Assembly: GCF_018350175.1 (NCBI RefSeq)
Contig: NC_058382.1
Coordinates: forward strand, 49,726,001 to 49,790,000
Reading direction: 5' to 3'
Origin: Felis catus
Taxonomy: Eukaryota
DNA: 64,000 bases
In this document: positions 25,206 through 38,290 of the stretch, piece by piece
How the letters are laid out: each line of letters begins with the position of its first letter
Position numbering within the stretch: position 1 is the first letter of the stretch
Translations under genes and position numbers: made by a program
The notes under the pieces: model-generated
What the model saw: only the letters and a program-made list of their open reading frames with translations
What the model was told of the DNA's origin: nothing
Database searches by the model: none

Positions 25206-25961
25206 AATAAATATATGTTTATCCATTCTTCGTTAACAGACATCAGGTTATTTCGAATTTTTGACTACTATGAATAATGTTATAAACATTTGTGTACAAG
25301 TTTCTGAGTGGACTTATGTCTTCATTTTTTTGGGTATATACCTAGGAGTGGAATTTTTGGGTCATATGATAGATCTGTGCTTAAATACTTGAGGAACTTC
25401 CGAATTCTTTTCTAAAGCAGTTAAACTATTTTACATCCCACCAGCAGCATGTGAGGGAGGGTTTCAATTTTTCTGCGCCCTCATCAACACTTGCTATTTC
25501 CATATCTTGATTATAGTCATCCTAGCAGGTGTAAAGTGGTACCTCATTGTGGTTTGATTTGCATTTCCTGAATGAATAACTGCAATCGCTTTTTAATTAA
25601 ATGTTATTTAAATAACTGCAGACATTTAACTGGATACAACCTAAGTAAGGATAGCTTAAAATCACATTGAAATCCTGGCCAGAAACCACAAAAACACATA
25701 GGCATAAGATTATTCATTTCAGGACTCTTGATAACAACAAAAGACTAGAAACAACCCAAATGTTTATCAAAGAAAACTAGCTAACTCTGGTACACTTATA
25801 CAATGAGACACTCTGCATGTGAAAAGAAATGAATGAGGAAACTCTATTACTATCAAGAATGTATCATTAAGTAAAAAACAAAACAAAACAAAAAAAACCA
25901 AGGCACAGTAAACTGTATATATAGTATACTATTGTTAATTAAGTCAGAGGAGATAAGTGTA

Positions 25962-26193
25962 TTTTTTTTTCTTTTTGAGAAACAGAGAATCCCACAAGGG
26001 GGAGGGGGGGGAGAGAGGGAGAGAGGGAGAGAGGGAGAGAGGGACAGAGGGACAGAGGGAGAGAGGAAGTTGGGGCTCATGCTCACCTGAAGCAGAGCAC
26101 AAGTTCACCCAATGTGGGACTCGATCCCACAAACTGTGAGATCTGGACCTGACTGTAAGTCAGATGCCTAACGACGGAGCCACCCAGGTGCCC
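25962..26193 (-). mobile_element. Can-SINE (variant body)
   Basis: Reverse SINE with repeated ctcacc/ttcacc body; TSD aa(g/a)tgtatttt. Confidence 0.88.
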
Positions 26194-26718
26194 TAAATGT
26201 ATTTTTTTTTTTAACGGAAAGATAAACTATTAAAACATTACTACTTACAGTACAAAGAGAATAGGTGGAGTGAACAGAGACAGAAGATAAACTCATTAGA
26301 AAGCTTGTTTTTAGAAATTTTGCATTAAGTACAAAATAAAATTTTAAGTAGAAACAAAAGCAAACTCTGAAAATAAAATATATAACAAACGACCCTAATA
26401 TGAATCCAGCTGGTAGCATTACTACAAAAAGAAAAACTATTCCAGGTGTCTTCAGAACACAGTAATTTGACTCTACATTTCTAGTGAAATGTATCCTGAG
26501 GACAAAAAACTGCAAAAACAAAACAATCCAACTTAATCCATTTGTACTAATCACACTCGGCGGTGGTGGTGTTGGTATTGTCATTCTGAGACTACTGTTT
26601 GTGTTGTGAAATAAAGCAAATAGGTACTTTTGTGATATTCTATCATTCCTCCTGTTTGACCTCAGTTTAGGAAGGGAGAAGCTTCAGATGTAAGAGAATT
26701 CAAGAGTCCTAAATTTGA

Positions 26719-26826
26719 AGAACCTCCGTACTGTTTTCCACAACTGCTAAATCACTATACTGTACACCTGAAACTAATATAACACTGTACATTAATTATA
26801 CTAGAATAATAATTCAACAACAAAAA
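26719..26826 (+). mobile_element. Short L1 insertion with 5' inversion
   Basis: TSD aagagt(c/t)ctaaatttga; about 24 nt antisense L1, then sense L1 3' end and A tail. Confidence 0.8.
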
Positions 26827-27427
26827 AAGAGTTCTAAATTTGATTTGGAAGTAGCAGTACTGTCTTTAGAGTAAGGAAACCAAAACAAAATTCTTTGCTC
26901 TGTGTACTGGAAAGTTCTTGTGACAATGACCTACTCAGTAACAACTAGCAACTCCTTATGTCCCTAGTGTGTTGAAATAATGTTTCCCAGTAAAAGGCAC
27001 CAGGACTCCCTATGTTAGAGAGCGGATACTAGGCCTAAGGCAGGAAATGTACAAAATGGGCCTGGGATATTTTGTCCTATCAGGTAACACGGAAGCTAGG
27101 GTCACTGTTAAAAGGACTTGCAAACTTACTTGAAGAAGTACTTTTTGAGCAAATGAAAACAATTTGAGAATCAGTAAGAATAAGGACTGCAATGGATTGA
27201 AATAACATCACATGTTTAACTTCATGAGTTCATAAGAAACACTAATTGGATACTACTGAAGCATGTTAGTGAACCAACTCATTTTGAAAATAGGTAACTA
27301 AAAAGAATCAAGCATGTATCCCGTCTTTCCTATATGAATTGGGAACTAAACAGATACAGAGAAGTTTATACTTATAGAAGTATTACAGCTAATAAATGAA
27401 GAAGGAATGACTGAATCAGACTGTCAA

Positions 27428-27778
27428 TCCTATAGAATGAATGTCTGTGCCTCTCCAAAATTCATGTTGAAATCTAATTCACAATGTGATGGTATTTGGA
27501 TGTGGGGCCTTTGGGTGGTGATTAGGTAATGAGGGCGGAGTCCTCATAGATGGGATCAGTATGCTTGAAAAGAAACTCTAGAAAACTCCCTTGCCCCTTT
27601 TGCCATGTGAGTACAGTGAAAGGCCAAGAACCAGGAAGTGGGCTCTCACCGGACAGAGAATCTTGGTGTCTTGATCTTTGGCTTTCTAGCCCCTGGAACT
27701 GTAAGAAATAAATTTCTGTTGTTTATAAACCACCCAGTCTCTAGTAAGCTATTACATCAGCTTGAACAGACTAAGACA
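27428..27778 (+). mobile_element. MLT1A-like MaLR solo LTR
   Basis: 'aaaattcatgttgaaatc...aataaatttctgttgtttataa...gactaagaca'; 5-bp TSD gtca(a/c). Confidence 0.88.
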
Positions 27779-28512
27779 GTCACCATTTTGCAACGACAAG
27801 TGGATCCAGGATCATCAATAGCTACTAGCATCACAAAAAGAAAACTAGACATTATATCTTCTACGTATCACTCTGATGAAGTCTTGGAAATAAAAATCAT
27901 ATATATCTAATTGGAACCTAATCAAATCTTCCTACCAATTTAGAGGAAACAGGCCAGAGGAACATGTTAAATTCCACTATGGGGATATAAACAGCAAAAT
28001 CTAGGATGTGGAAAACTCTATAGGACAAACAACCTAGTTTCTTTATCAACACATTTTAAGTAAAAATAGAAGGAATAGAATGGAAATTTTAAGATTAAAA
28101 GGGACTAAGATATAGCAACCAATTGCTAAGCCTGGGCCTTACTGAATCCTGATTCAAACAAACTATATAGAAAAATAACCAAATGCGAGACAAATCAGGT
28201 ATTTAACCAATGATTAGATAATTGGTAATATTACGAAAATTTTTTTTTTCAGGTGTGACTTTCAGGTGTGGTTATGTTTAAAAAGAAGACATGCATACTA
28301 AATATTTATGAATATTTTTCTTTTAGAGATATGTATTACAAGATTTATGACTATAACTATATTCTGGGATTTGATGAATTAAGACTGGGCACTAATGCTT
28401 AATTACTGAAGGTGGGCAAAAAAGGAAAAAGAAATAATGGACCATGATATTAGAGAAATAACAATAAAAAATTCATTATCAAAGTTTTTAAGCCTCTTTT
28501 TATTCTATTTTA

Positions 28513-28741
28513 TTTTTTTTTTCTAAATTTTTTTTCAACGTTTTTTATTTATTTTTGGGACAGAGAGAGACAGAGCATGAACGGGGGAGGGGCAGAGAGA
28601 GAGGGAGACACAGAATCGGAAACAGGCTCCAGGCTCTGAGCCATCAGCCCAGAGCCCGACGCGGGGCTCGAACTCACGGACTGCGAGATCGTGACCTGGC
28701 TGAAGTCGGACGCTCAACCGACTGCGCCACCCAGGCGCCCC
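28513..28741 (-). mobile_element. Young feline Can-SINE
   Basis: CpG-rich; perfect 18-bp TSD tctttttattctatttta. Confidence 0.96.
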
Positions 28742-29088
28742 TCTTTTTATTCTATTTTAAAGTTTTGAATCATTTTACTTAGTCTCTGTTCTATGCCTCT
28801 CTCTGGGAATAGAAGAGACTATTTGTAATTGAAGTAGAATGGTTACACTCTCTGCTGTACTTATTTTGTGTTTAAAAGAAGAATTTCCACAGAAACTACC
28901 ACAGAAATCCATTCAAAGAATCTTAACTATACAACCATGTCTCCAATGGAATAGGTGTTTCCCTGATACCAATATTATAAAGACTTTTTTACTGTAACAT
29001 AAAGGAAAAGTTAACAGAAAAATAAGCTTGGTGCTTTAATGAACTAAATGGTTTTCACTGGGAGTATACCTAAATATAAGAAAAGTTA

Positions 29089-29308
29089 GGGGTGCCTGGG
29101 TGGCTTAGTTGGTTAACGTCTGACTTTGGCTCAGGTCATGATCTCATAGTTCGTGGATTCGAGCCCCGTGTCAGGCTCTGTGCTGAGAGCTCAGACCCTG
29201 GAGCCTGCTTTGGATTCTGCACCTCCCTCTCTCTCTGCCGCTCCCCCACTCGCACTCTCTCTCTCCCTCTCAAAAATAAACATACATTAAAAAAATATTT
29301 TAAAAAAA
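29089..29308 (+). mobile_element. Can-SINE
   Basis: Full structure; TSD aaaagtta. Confidence 0.93.
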
Positions 29309-29406
29309 GTTAAATGTGAATCACAACCTTTATGTAATTCCTGTTTCTCAGGGAGCATTTAAAGTCCAAACAGCACAAAAGCCATTCATTTAGAAAAGTG
29401 ACAGGG

Positions 29407-29559
29407 CAGAGCACCTGGGTGGCTCAGTCCCTTAAATGTCCAACTCTTGATTTCAGCTCAGGTCATGATCACGTGGTTTGTGAGTTCCAGCCCCACGTCG
29501 GGCTCTACACTGACAGCATGGAACCTGCTTGGGATTCTTCCTCTGTCCCTCCTCTGCTT

Positions 29560-29610
<51 letters not shown>

Positions 29611-29645
29611 ATAAATAAATAAACTTGATTTAAAAAAAAAAAAAG
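29407..29645 (+). mobile_element. Can-SINE
   Basis: Head, (CT)n, A tail. Confidence 0.92.
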
Positions 29646-29779
29646 GAAAATTAATAGGGCAAATGTCCAAAGGGAACATTATCACTTATCAGCAGGAATG
29701 GCAAATAACTAGCAACCATGTCTTTGCTTCCTAGCTTCCCCCCCTCCTTGGAAAAGCATCACAAGATCATGGAAGGATT

Positions 29780-29870
29780 TTGAACTGTGTAGTCAGACAA
29801 ACCTGGGTTCTGCCTCTAATTACTTTGAGCAGATTGACAAACTTATCTCAACCTGTTTATCTGTAAAATT
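29780..29870 (+). mobile_element. MIR fragment
   Basis: 'agtcagacaaacctgggttc...tttatctgtaaaat'. Confidence 0.65.
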
Positions 29871-30126
29871 AAAGAACTATTACCATCATTCTCTCCTGAA
29901 ATTTGTTGAAGGAACAGAGTACCACGCCATTACTGCTACCATTACCTGAAGGGCAGCAGAACGTCCTGCAGAGCTGGGGGAAAGGAGATACCAGCCCACA
30001 AAGAAATATTAGACTATCTGCCTCCGAGACCCACGCCTGTGTGAGAAGGAGGATGTGGAAGCCCTGCAGTAATGCGGTCATCTGTGAGGAAAGAACACAC
30101 AGGGATGTACACAAGCCAAACAATCC

Positions 30127-30275
30127 TTTTTTTTTTTTTTTTTTAAGATGGGCTTTTTATTTTATTTTTATTTTATTATTTTTTTAAAGTAAGCTCTACA
30201 CCCAGTGAAGTGCTTGAACTCACAGCCCTGAGATGAAGAGTTACATACTCTACCGACTGAGCCAGCCAGGCACCC
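30127..30275 (-). mobile_element. Short (CT-less) Can-SINE
   Basis: 'taagctctacaccc...gagccagccaggcaccc'. Confidence 0.85.
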
Positions 30276-30679
30276 GTAGCCAAATGATTCTTGAAGTGGG
30301 TTAGAGACCACTGCTTCCAATCAACAATTAAGAATGACTTGTTTTAGAGTTAGCTGAAGAGATCTTTCTCTTTCCCACTAGGATTTGAGTTCTTTGAGGA
30401 CAGAGACTTTTTTCTTTCTTCTCTGTACCCTTAGCACAATGCTTTGCCAAATGTATCCTTCACTGCCAGGCAGTCAAAGGAAAAAAGAAGGGAGGGAAGC
30501 GGGGGACAGGGAAAGGAGGAAGGGAGCCAGTTTCACTTAAGAAGGACGCAGCAGGTCTGCTGGGTTCCTGCCATCAGCACCGGTGTTTGCCCATCTATGG
30601 AAGTGGAAGCTGAGGCTCAGGGAGGTCACACAGGAGGACGTGGCCAGGTGGGATGCAAAGCCTGGTTTGCGTGATCTCA

Positions 30680-31190
30680 AGGCTCACAGATGTGGAGATC
30701 CTGAAAAATCTACGACACATCTCCAGGGGAGGCGTCCTCATGAGGATACAAAAACATGGTGGCCTCATAGATCTGTGAGTTCGGACAAATGCACTGTGGT
30801 TAAGGCAAGACGTTCACCTCAAAGGAAGCTGGGTAAAGGATACCTGGCACCCCCTGTTCTGTCTTTGCAACTATTCTATAAATCTAAAACTTACTTATGC
30901 TCTTAAATATGGTAGGGCAAAAGGGGAAAGTGCGGTTTAAGAATTAGCCACCTAAATGCAATGGGGTATTCTGGGTTGGATCCTGGAACAGCAAAAGGTC
31001 ACTAGTGAGAAAACTGGAATAAAATCTAGAGTTTGGTTAATAGTTTGGTCTATTAATCTATTAATTTTGACAAATGTTCCATGGTGGTATGAAGCTGGGT
31101 GAAAGGAATAAGGGAACTTCTGCATCATTTTAGCAACTTTTCTGAAACCATAATCTATTCAGATTTTCAATAAAAAGTTGTTCTAAAATA
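30680..31190 (+). mobile_element. L1MC/ME 3' fragments
   Basis: 'aaatgcaatggggtattctgggttggatcctggaacag' and related motifs. Confidence 0.6.
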
Positions 31191-31194
31191 ACTT

Positions 31195-31464
31195 GTTTTT
31201 TTTTTTTTAAAGTAAGCTCTACGCCCAGTGTGGGGCTTGAACTCATCACCCTGAGATTAAGAGGTGTATTCTCAAAAAAACAACAACAACAAAAAACACA
31301 ATTAATTAATTTTAAAAAAGTGGGGGGTGGTGCCTGGGTGGGTCAGTCGGTTGAACGTCAGACTTCAGCTCAGCGAGGCCCACGTCAAGCTCTGTGCTGA
31401 CAGCTCAGAGCCTGGAACCTGCTTCAGATTCGGTGTCTCCTTCTCTCTCTGCCCCTCCCCCACT

Positions 31465-31509
<45 letters not shown>

Positions 31510-31590
31510 AAGAATAAATAAACATTAAAAAAAATTATTTTTAAAGAAAAAAGTTGCATTCTCTACCAAGTGAGCCAGCCAGGTATCCCT
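31195..31590 (-). mobile_element. Short Can-SINE interrupted by an opposite-strand Can-SINE (about 31322-31550, +)
   Basis: Short SINE split at 'gtattctc' / 'gcattctc' around a plus-strand copy. Confidence 0.85.
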
Positions 31591-32501
31591 AAAATAACTT
31601 TACTTTTTATAAAAAAGAACAAAGAGTAAAAATTAAGTAAAACAAATATTTTATATGCCATATATTAAAATATAATTGTATTTATAATGAAATATAGTTT
31701 TCTTAAAAATGAGATTAATTTATTAAGTCTTAATTCTTAAATAGGTTATCTTTCTAATATGTTTTTATAAAATGGTAAGTAGGCCACTCTTCTGCCTAGT
31801 GTGGTGATCTCTAGGAAAAGCTTTCGTGCACCTGAGTTGCAGTCTAAATACCTTTTTCCAGGTAAACTACGGTTATTCATACTTGGGTGCTTGGCAGACA
31901 TTTTCTCATTTCTGAAAAATGAACGAAGTCTGTCACTTCAAGGAGAACAACAGTCTTTGCTGCCAATTATAAATTTTGAGCTTTAGAATTTTGGAAAACT
32001 TCTATCTACTACTGTGAGCTGGACAGCTTCCCAGTACTTAAAGACTTTCTGATGAGACTGGCAGTGATATGAATGTGGCTGGTTAATGAAATTAGTCAAT
32101 ATTAGACCTATATAACCCAGTAAACTAGTATTTTCCAAATGACTAATGCATGGTTTAGAGCACCATGCATACTGACAAAAAATAATTCATTCAAAGTACA
32201 AGTGAAGCCAAGATTTTAATGTAACAGAACAAAAAGTTGATTTGGTCTCAGATCCCATTTTGCAACCAAACTAAGAAACTACCACCGTTCACATTTTGGT
32301 GCAGTATCATAGATGATGTCCAAAATTATCTAAACAGCTATTAGAATACTCCCTTTTGTGCAACTACATACCTGTGTACGCCTACATTTTCTTCATGTAA
32401 TTCAACCAAAATAACGTATCAAAACAAACTGATGAGAGAAGCAGATCTGAGATCCAGCTATCCTCTCTTAAGCCTGACACTAAAGGGATAAAATGACAAT
32501 A

Positions 32502-33181
32502 CAGCAACCCCTTTTATCCAGTTTTGCTTTCTGCAGTTTCGATCACCCACAGCCGACCAGTCCAGCAGCAGACTGCCCTCCGCCTGCCCCACTGCCAGGT
32601 CAATAGCAGTCTGATGCTACGTCACAAGGCCTCCGTCATTCAGCTCACTTCCTCTCTTCACCAGGCATTTTATCATCTCACATCATCACAAGAAGGCAGT
32701 AACAGTAGAATAAGATATTCTGGAGAGAAACCACATTCACAAAACTCTTACTGTAGTGCACTGTTAAAGGATTTCTTTTTTTTAATGTTTATTTATTTTT
32801 AAGAGACAGAGACAGAGGGTGAGCAGGGAAGGGTCAGAGAGAGAGGAAGACACAGCATCCGAAGCAGGCTCCAGGCTCTGAGCTGTCAGCACAGAGCCTG
32901 ATGCAGGGCTCGAATTCACAGACCGTGAGATCACGACCTAAGCTGAAGCCAGACGCTCAACTGACCGAGTCACCCAGGGGCCCCTGTACTGTATTGTTAT
33001 AATTGTTCTTTACTAGTTATTGTTGTTAATCTTTTACTGTGACTAATTTATCAACTAAACTTTATTGTATGTATGTATGTATAGGAAAAATATAGTATAT
33101 AGAGGGCTTAGTACTATCTGTGGTTTGAGGTATTCTCTAGGGGTCTTGGAATGTATTCCCTGCAGATAAAGGGGACTACTA
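32502..33181. mobile_element. MER44-like Tigger element inside Charlie1, SINE-interrupted
   Basis: TIRs cagcaaccccttttatcc / gataaaggggactact, TA flanks. Confidence 0.8.
32775..32984 (-). mobile_element. Can-SINE
   Basis: Reverse SINE within MER44. Confidence 0.93.
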
Positions 33182-33935
33182 TACTACTCTCCTTGATAAT
33201 TTTTGGGGGGAAAATATAGTTATTTATATTAACATGTAATGGGTTTATTACTATTTCAAAATGAATTAAAAAATATTTTAAACTGTTCTCAGTTTTAGAC
33301 CCTACATCTGTTCTGACTCTTTTCTTGCTGCAGGGGAGTGAAAGATTCTGTTTTATTTCTAGATTCTACCCTGCAATGATTATATTTTTGTTAATTCAAA
33401 AAAATTGTTCTCAGTGTTAATTTCTTACACTGTAAATGACACTTATAACTCCCTCAATAATTGTGAAGAGTTGCAGAGGTCCTGATAACAAGAAGTTTGA
33501 AAACTGCTGATTAGGGTAATATGTGCATACAAGCTGCTTTTCTGCAATAAGGGGAAAAAAGGCCAGATTCTTACTAACAGAGAATAATTCACACCACTGG
33601 CTCCAAAATAGCAAAGCTCTGCAGACACTGATACACAGTGAAGTGGTTTAAGTGTTGATTTTTAGTTAGTTCGTATACTGATTTTTTACTCTTAGAGAGA
33701 GAAAAAAAGACAAAACGACAAAAAAACAACCAAAATCTTATGCCTTGGGTTTGGCAAGTTGATCTTTCCTGAGATTCCAAGCCTTTGCAGCCTGTAAGCA
33801 GTGTCACTGACCATCACCACCTCCAGCTAGCACTAATTCAAGTGCTCATCCTCTATCAGATTTTCCTCTTTCTCCAGGGATAAGGGCCCAAAGCAAATGT
33901 GGACACAGTCAGGACCATTAAAAATAAGTGGTTTT

Positions 33936-34147
33936 GGGGGCACCTGGGTGGCACAGTCGGTTAAGCGTCCGACTTCAGCCAGGTCACGATCTCGTGGTCC
34001 GTGAGTTCGAGCCCCGCGTCAGGCTCTGGGCTGATGGCTCAGAGCCTGGAGCCTGTTTCCGATTCTGTGTCTCCCTCTCTCTCTGCCCCTCCCCCATTCA
34101 TGCTCTGTCTCTCTCTGTCCCAAAAATAAATAAACGTTGAAAAAAAA
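33936..34147 (+). mobile_element. Young feline Can-SINE
   Basis: Perfect TSD aaaaataagtggtttt. Confidence 0.95.
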
Positions 34148-34163
34148 AAAAATAAGTGGTTTT

Positions 34164-34462
34164 GGGGGCACCTGGCTGGCTTAGTCAGTGGAGCATGTGA
34201 CTCTTGATCTCAGGGTTGTAAGTTCAAGCCCCATGTTAGGCAGGTGTGGAGCCTACTTTATTTAAAAGAAAAAAACAACTGGAGGCGCCTGAGTGGCTCA
34301 GTCAGTTGAGCATCCGACTTTTGGTTTTGGCTCAGGTCAAGATCTCACGGTTCAGGGGACAGAGCCCCACATCGGGCTCTGCAAAGATGGCATGTGAGCC
34401 TGCTTGGGATTCTCTCTCCCTCTCCCTCCCCCATGTGCTCTCTCTCTCAAAATAAATAAACT
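34164..34462 (+). mobile_element. Short Can-SINE (34164-34277) followed by a Can-SINE (34281-34462)
   Basis: Two further heads in tandem. Confidence 0.9.
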
Positions 34463-35704
34463 TAACCCTCCCTGACCCCCCACCCCCACCCCAGCAAAAA
34501 AACCTACAATTGGTTTTGAATTCAGAACAAAAGGATGACAACCTCTGGCACAACAGGGATGTGCTTTGCTGTCTACTTAACCAAATTCAATTTCTCTGAG
34601 GGCCAGTGTTTTGTAAATACCATCTAAGGTTTTCAGTGTTTTGTTTATTGTGCCACATATTTACATTGTTAATGGCTACTCTCCAAAGAAAACTGAAACC
34701 CACTAGTGTCTACTTGGCTAAATCTTGTATACTTTCTACCTTTTCAAAGTTCATCTTCCAACAGACCTTGGAATGCCTGCTTTGTGACTTACCCACACAT
34801 GCTTATCGTATCAGACAAAAGATGGCTTCTGGAAGGAAAGAGGTTGTTTCAGAAACTAAACACACGGGTCCTTATACTACAATATAGCTCCATTTCATAG
34901 ACTTGGGGACTCTGAGGTGGACAGCAGGGTAGAGCTGAAGCCGGCTCCAAAGAGAGCAACGCATCTCAATCAGCCTAAGCCCTGACTGGGTGTTGAGTCA
35001 GATAGCTGGGTAGTGAATAAAGTTCCTTAGAGCCAAAGTAGTGAGATAAATTCTAAATCTTGGCATTAGAAGAATAAGAGAAGCCCGAGGGGAAACAAAG
35101 CTATGGTACTGGCAGATAAAGAAAGCATAAACTATTTTAAGATCAATTTACACATGTAGAATTATACTGAACCTCACTAATTCTACCAGTAACAAGAACA
35201 AATTAGCTTGTGTGTAAATGGGGTCCATGTAATTCTTGTCAGTTACCAAGGTGTCAGCAAGGCCTCAAGGCTACTGGATTATCCTATTAAGATTGAAATA
35301 AAATTGGTTTGATTTGTCATCTTGTATCTAGGGAAAACATGCATCCTACTCACTCTCTCCTGGATATTCTTAGGATCTTTCATTTATTAGCTGCTTCTCT
35401 CTTCAATTCTTTTGGTTGTGTGGAATTTATAATCTCTGCTCTGTCACTCATCTTTATCACACACTATACACACAACATTCTATATGTTAGAGCCCCATGA
35501 TGGACACCAATTCAGTTCTGCCAGGATGCAACGCTGTAGGTCATTTCAAATCTTTACAGAAGGTTTCAGGATGGGGGCAGGGGAGAGCTTTGGCACAGAG
35601 GAGGGGAGAAATCTCAACCCAGCATAGTAAATGACTTTTGTAATACAGAATTCACCATTTCTCCTTTTGCTCTCCTGGGAGAACTTCTCCTGGAAGAAAA
35701 TCCC

Positions 35705-35855
35705 TTCCCCCAAAGGTCCTGAATGGTCAAGAACTCTGAAGTTTCATGTCAAATTTATGTACGTGCATATATGTAATTTTTCTAAGAGACAGGTCCATAA
35801 TACCCATTCGATTTTCAAAGGCCTCAAGATCTAAAAAAGGTCAAGACCTACTTTA
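35705..35855. mobile_element. hAT-Charlie relic (family uncertain)
   Basis: 'gattttcaaaggcctcaagatctaaaaaaggtcaagacctact' terminus-like sequence. Confidence 0.5.
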
Positions 35856-36084
35856 TATTTAGATGAACATCAAAGTGCATTCTAATAGCAGATGAAACTA
35901 CTGTCTCTCCACCAGATAATCCAATCAGTAATAGGAAAGAGAGATGTGCAAATTCAAATTATAGGACATACCATTTCACACCCGTGAGACTGGCAACAAT
36001 GAGTCTGCCAAGGACTGGAGAAACAGGAACTTTCACTACTGCTAGACTGATTAACCACTTTGAAAAACAAAGGACTGCCATAAC

Positions 36085-36200
36085 TTTTTTTCAAAAAAAG
36101 ATTTTATTTTTAAGTAATCCCTCCACCTAATGTGCACCTCAAACCTACAACTCGGACATCAAGAGTCATGTTCTACCAACTGAGCCAGCCATGTGCCCCC
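36085..36200 (-). mobile_element. Short Can-SINE
   Basis: 'taatccctccacc...gagccagccatgtgcccc'. Confidence 0.85.
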
Positions 36201-36257
36201 AAATCGCCATAATCTTCTTAGGTTAAAATTTAAACATGGTCTATTACCATTCTTAGA

Positions 36258-36447
36258 GCAGTTTTTCAAACTGATGCTTATAACCCAAAGGATCAGTAAT
36301 CAATTTAGTGGGTGACGACCAGTATTTTATTTTCATGAAACAGAACAGAATGGAATAGAATGTTGTATTTTTACCTTACTACAGACAAGTATTGCATTTT
36401 ACCTTATTATACACTAGTAGAATTTTTGTTTCAGTAGTGTGTGTAGG

Positions 36448-36486
<39 letters not shown>

Positions 36487-36545
36487 GGGGTCATAATGAA
36501 AATGATTTCTTAATATGGGCTCACAGCTAAAAACGCTTCCCAAAA
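36258..36545. mobile_element. hAT-Charlie relic containing (TG)n at about 36437-36483
   Basis: 'cagtttttcaaactg...aatcaatttagtgggtgacgaccag'. Confidence 0.55.
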
Positions 36546-36549
36546 TAGT

Positions 36550-37075
36550 GACCTGGGCAAGCTCTTATGTGTGTCCATGAGGAAATGTGTATGGGAACGT
36601 TCACAATATTTTTCCAAGAGTAAAAAACTGGAAACAAGGTAAAAAAAAATTAAGAATTGTGGCATATTCATGCAATGAGACGTAACAAAGCAGTGAATAT
36701 GAATGAACTAAAGCTACTGCATCAACACATAATTGAAAATAACATTAAGTGAAAAAAAGGGAAAAATACTTATTACAAGACAGCACTTATTTCAAGTTTA
36801 AAAACAAGGAAAACTAACGACTGTTTAGGGGCACTCAGATAAGTGATTAAAAAAACTATAAAGAAAAGAACAACAAAAACAAAAATTAAGATAGATGGTT
36901 ACGCACCTCTCTGGGATTGAAAAGAGATGCAAAACGCAAGGATTCATAGGGAACTTCTGAAGTTGAAAAACGCACTCTTCCTGAAGCTGGGTAGTGAGCA
37001 TGAGGGTGTTTGCTCCGTATGTATTTCTTATACATACATTACACACATATTTTTTGTACATAGGGAGTATGTTAT
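36550..37075 (+). mobile_element. L1ME-type 3' fragment
   Basis: 'aaaactggaaacaa...tggcatattcatgcaatg...atgaatgaacta'. Confidence 0.65.
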
Positions 37076-37129
37076 AATGAACAGGAAAACAAAGCTGTCA
37101 CGAAAATCAGTTCAAAAGCAACGGCTTTC

Positions 37130-37350
37130 GGGGCGCCTGGGTGGCTCAGTCGGTTAAGCGTCCGGTTTCAGCTCAGGTCATGATCTTGCGGTTCGTGAGT
37201 TCGAGCCCCGCATCGGGCTCTGTGCTGATGCCTCGGAACCTGGAGCCTGCTTCGGATTCTGTGTCTCCCTCTCTCTCTCTGCCCCTCCCCTGCTCATGCT
37301 CTGTCTCTCTCTGTCTCTAAAAAATAAATAAATGTCAAAAAAAAAAAAAA
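37130..37350 (+). mobile_element. Feline Can-SINE
   Basis: TSD aaaagcaac(g/a)gctttc. Confidence 0.95.
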
Positions 37351-38067
37351 AAAAGCAACAGCTTTCAAGCACTTTTGCTTTTGCTGGTCACCAAAACTCA
37401 TGAGCTCCCTGGAGTCCGGAATGATCTATACTATTACTCTCTACTAAAAGGAATTGGGACTCTTGGAAGGGAAGGCAACTCCAGGTCTTAGGGCAAGAAA
37501 ACAATCAAGACTGTTCTGGCACCTTTTAGCACTGCCAGAAAGCAGGAATACGGAAGTCTGTCCGAGTTGTGCTGAAAGGACAAAGGAGTCAGCTTAAAGA
37601 CAAAGCTTTAGTCAGACTGTGACATTTAGAGTCAAAAGAAAACAACCATGGTTAATTGAAACAAACTAATTTTGTAAGGAAATTAGTACCAGTTTACTCC
37701 TAAACCAGACAGTGATAAGTTGTATAATACATTTTATCTGTTAAGTTGTTTAAAGTGTTTAAAAGAACAAGCCACATTACATTTCAATTAATGTTTAATA
37801 TTTAAACATTTTCAGTAAACAAATTAAATATGAAACAAACCACAGAAATGACATACGTAAAATGTCTAAGTTGTATAGAAGACTTCTTTTTTAAAGAGCA
37901 ATAAAGAAGTAACAGGTGATTGTCTACACGATCTCTAGTATTAATCCAACTTCTTGAATAATCGTTAAGATACATTTCTGAGTATCTTTTCAAACATACC
38001 ACCCATTCCCCAATTTTCTTCCTGTAACCAACCATTTGTTAACAAGTATTTATTGACTGTCTATTTT

Positions 38068-38290
38068 TATTTTTTTTTAATTTTTTTTAACGTTTATTTA
38101 TTTTGAGACAGAGAGAGACAGAGCATGAACGGAGGAGGGTCAGAGAGAGAGGGAGACACAGAATCTGAAACAGACTCCAGGCTCTGAGCAGTCAGCACAG
38201 AGCCCGACGCGGGGCTCGAACTCACAGACAGTGAGATCGTGACCTGAGCCGAAGTCGGACGCTTAACCGACTGAGCCACCCAGGCACCCC
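38068..38290 (-). mobile_element. Feline Can-SINE
   Basis: TSD ttga(c/a)tgtctattttta. Confidence 0.95.

Larger units (their letters stand above)
22040..25575 (-). mobile_element. L1M (ORF2 3' half and 3'UTR) hosting MER44 and two LTRs
   Basis: Antisense ORF2 motifs ('tcctccaactttgttcttc', 'ttcccttctattcctag', 'cattgtggtttgatttgcattt'). Confidence 0.85.
25720..27420 (+). mobile_element. Old L1MC/MD 3' region fragments
   Basis: 'ctagaaacaacccaaatgtttatcaa' and long L1M 3'UTR-like sequence. Confidence 0.6.
31770..33510. mobile_element. Charlie1-like hAT DNA transposon relic
   Basis: 'cttgggtgcttggcagacattttctc', 'gacagcttcccagtacttaaagactttctgatgag', terminus 'tttgaaaactgctg'. Confidence 0.75.

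Noticed and set aside
35354..35463. Minus-strand exon-like segment with gtgagt donor
   Set aside because: Stops in all three frames and a weak acceptor.
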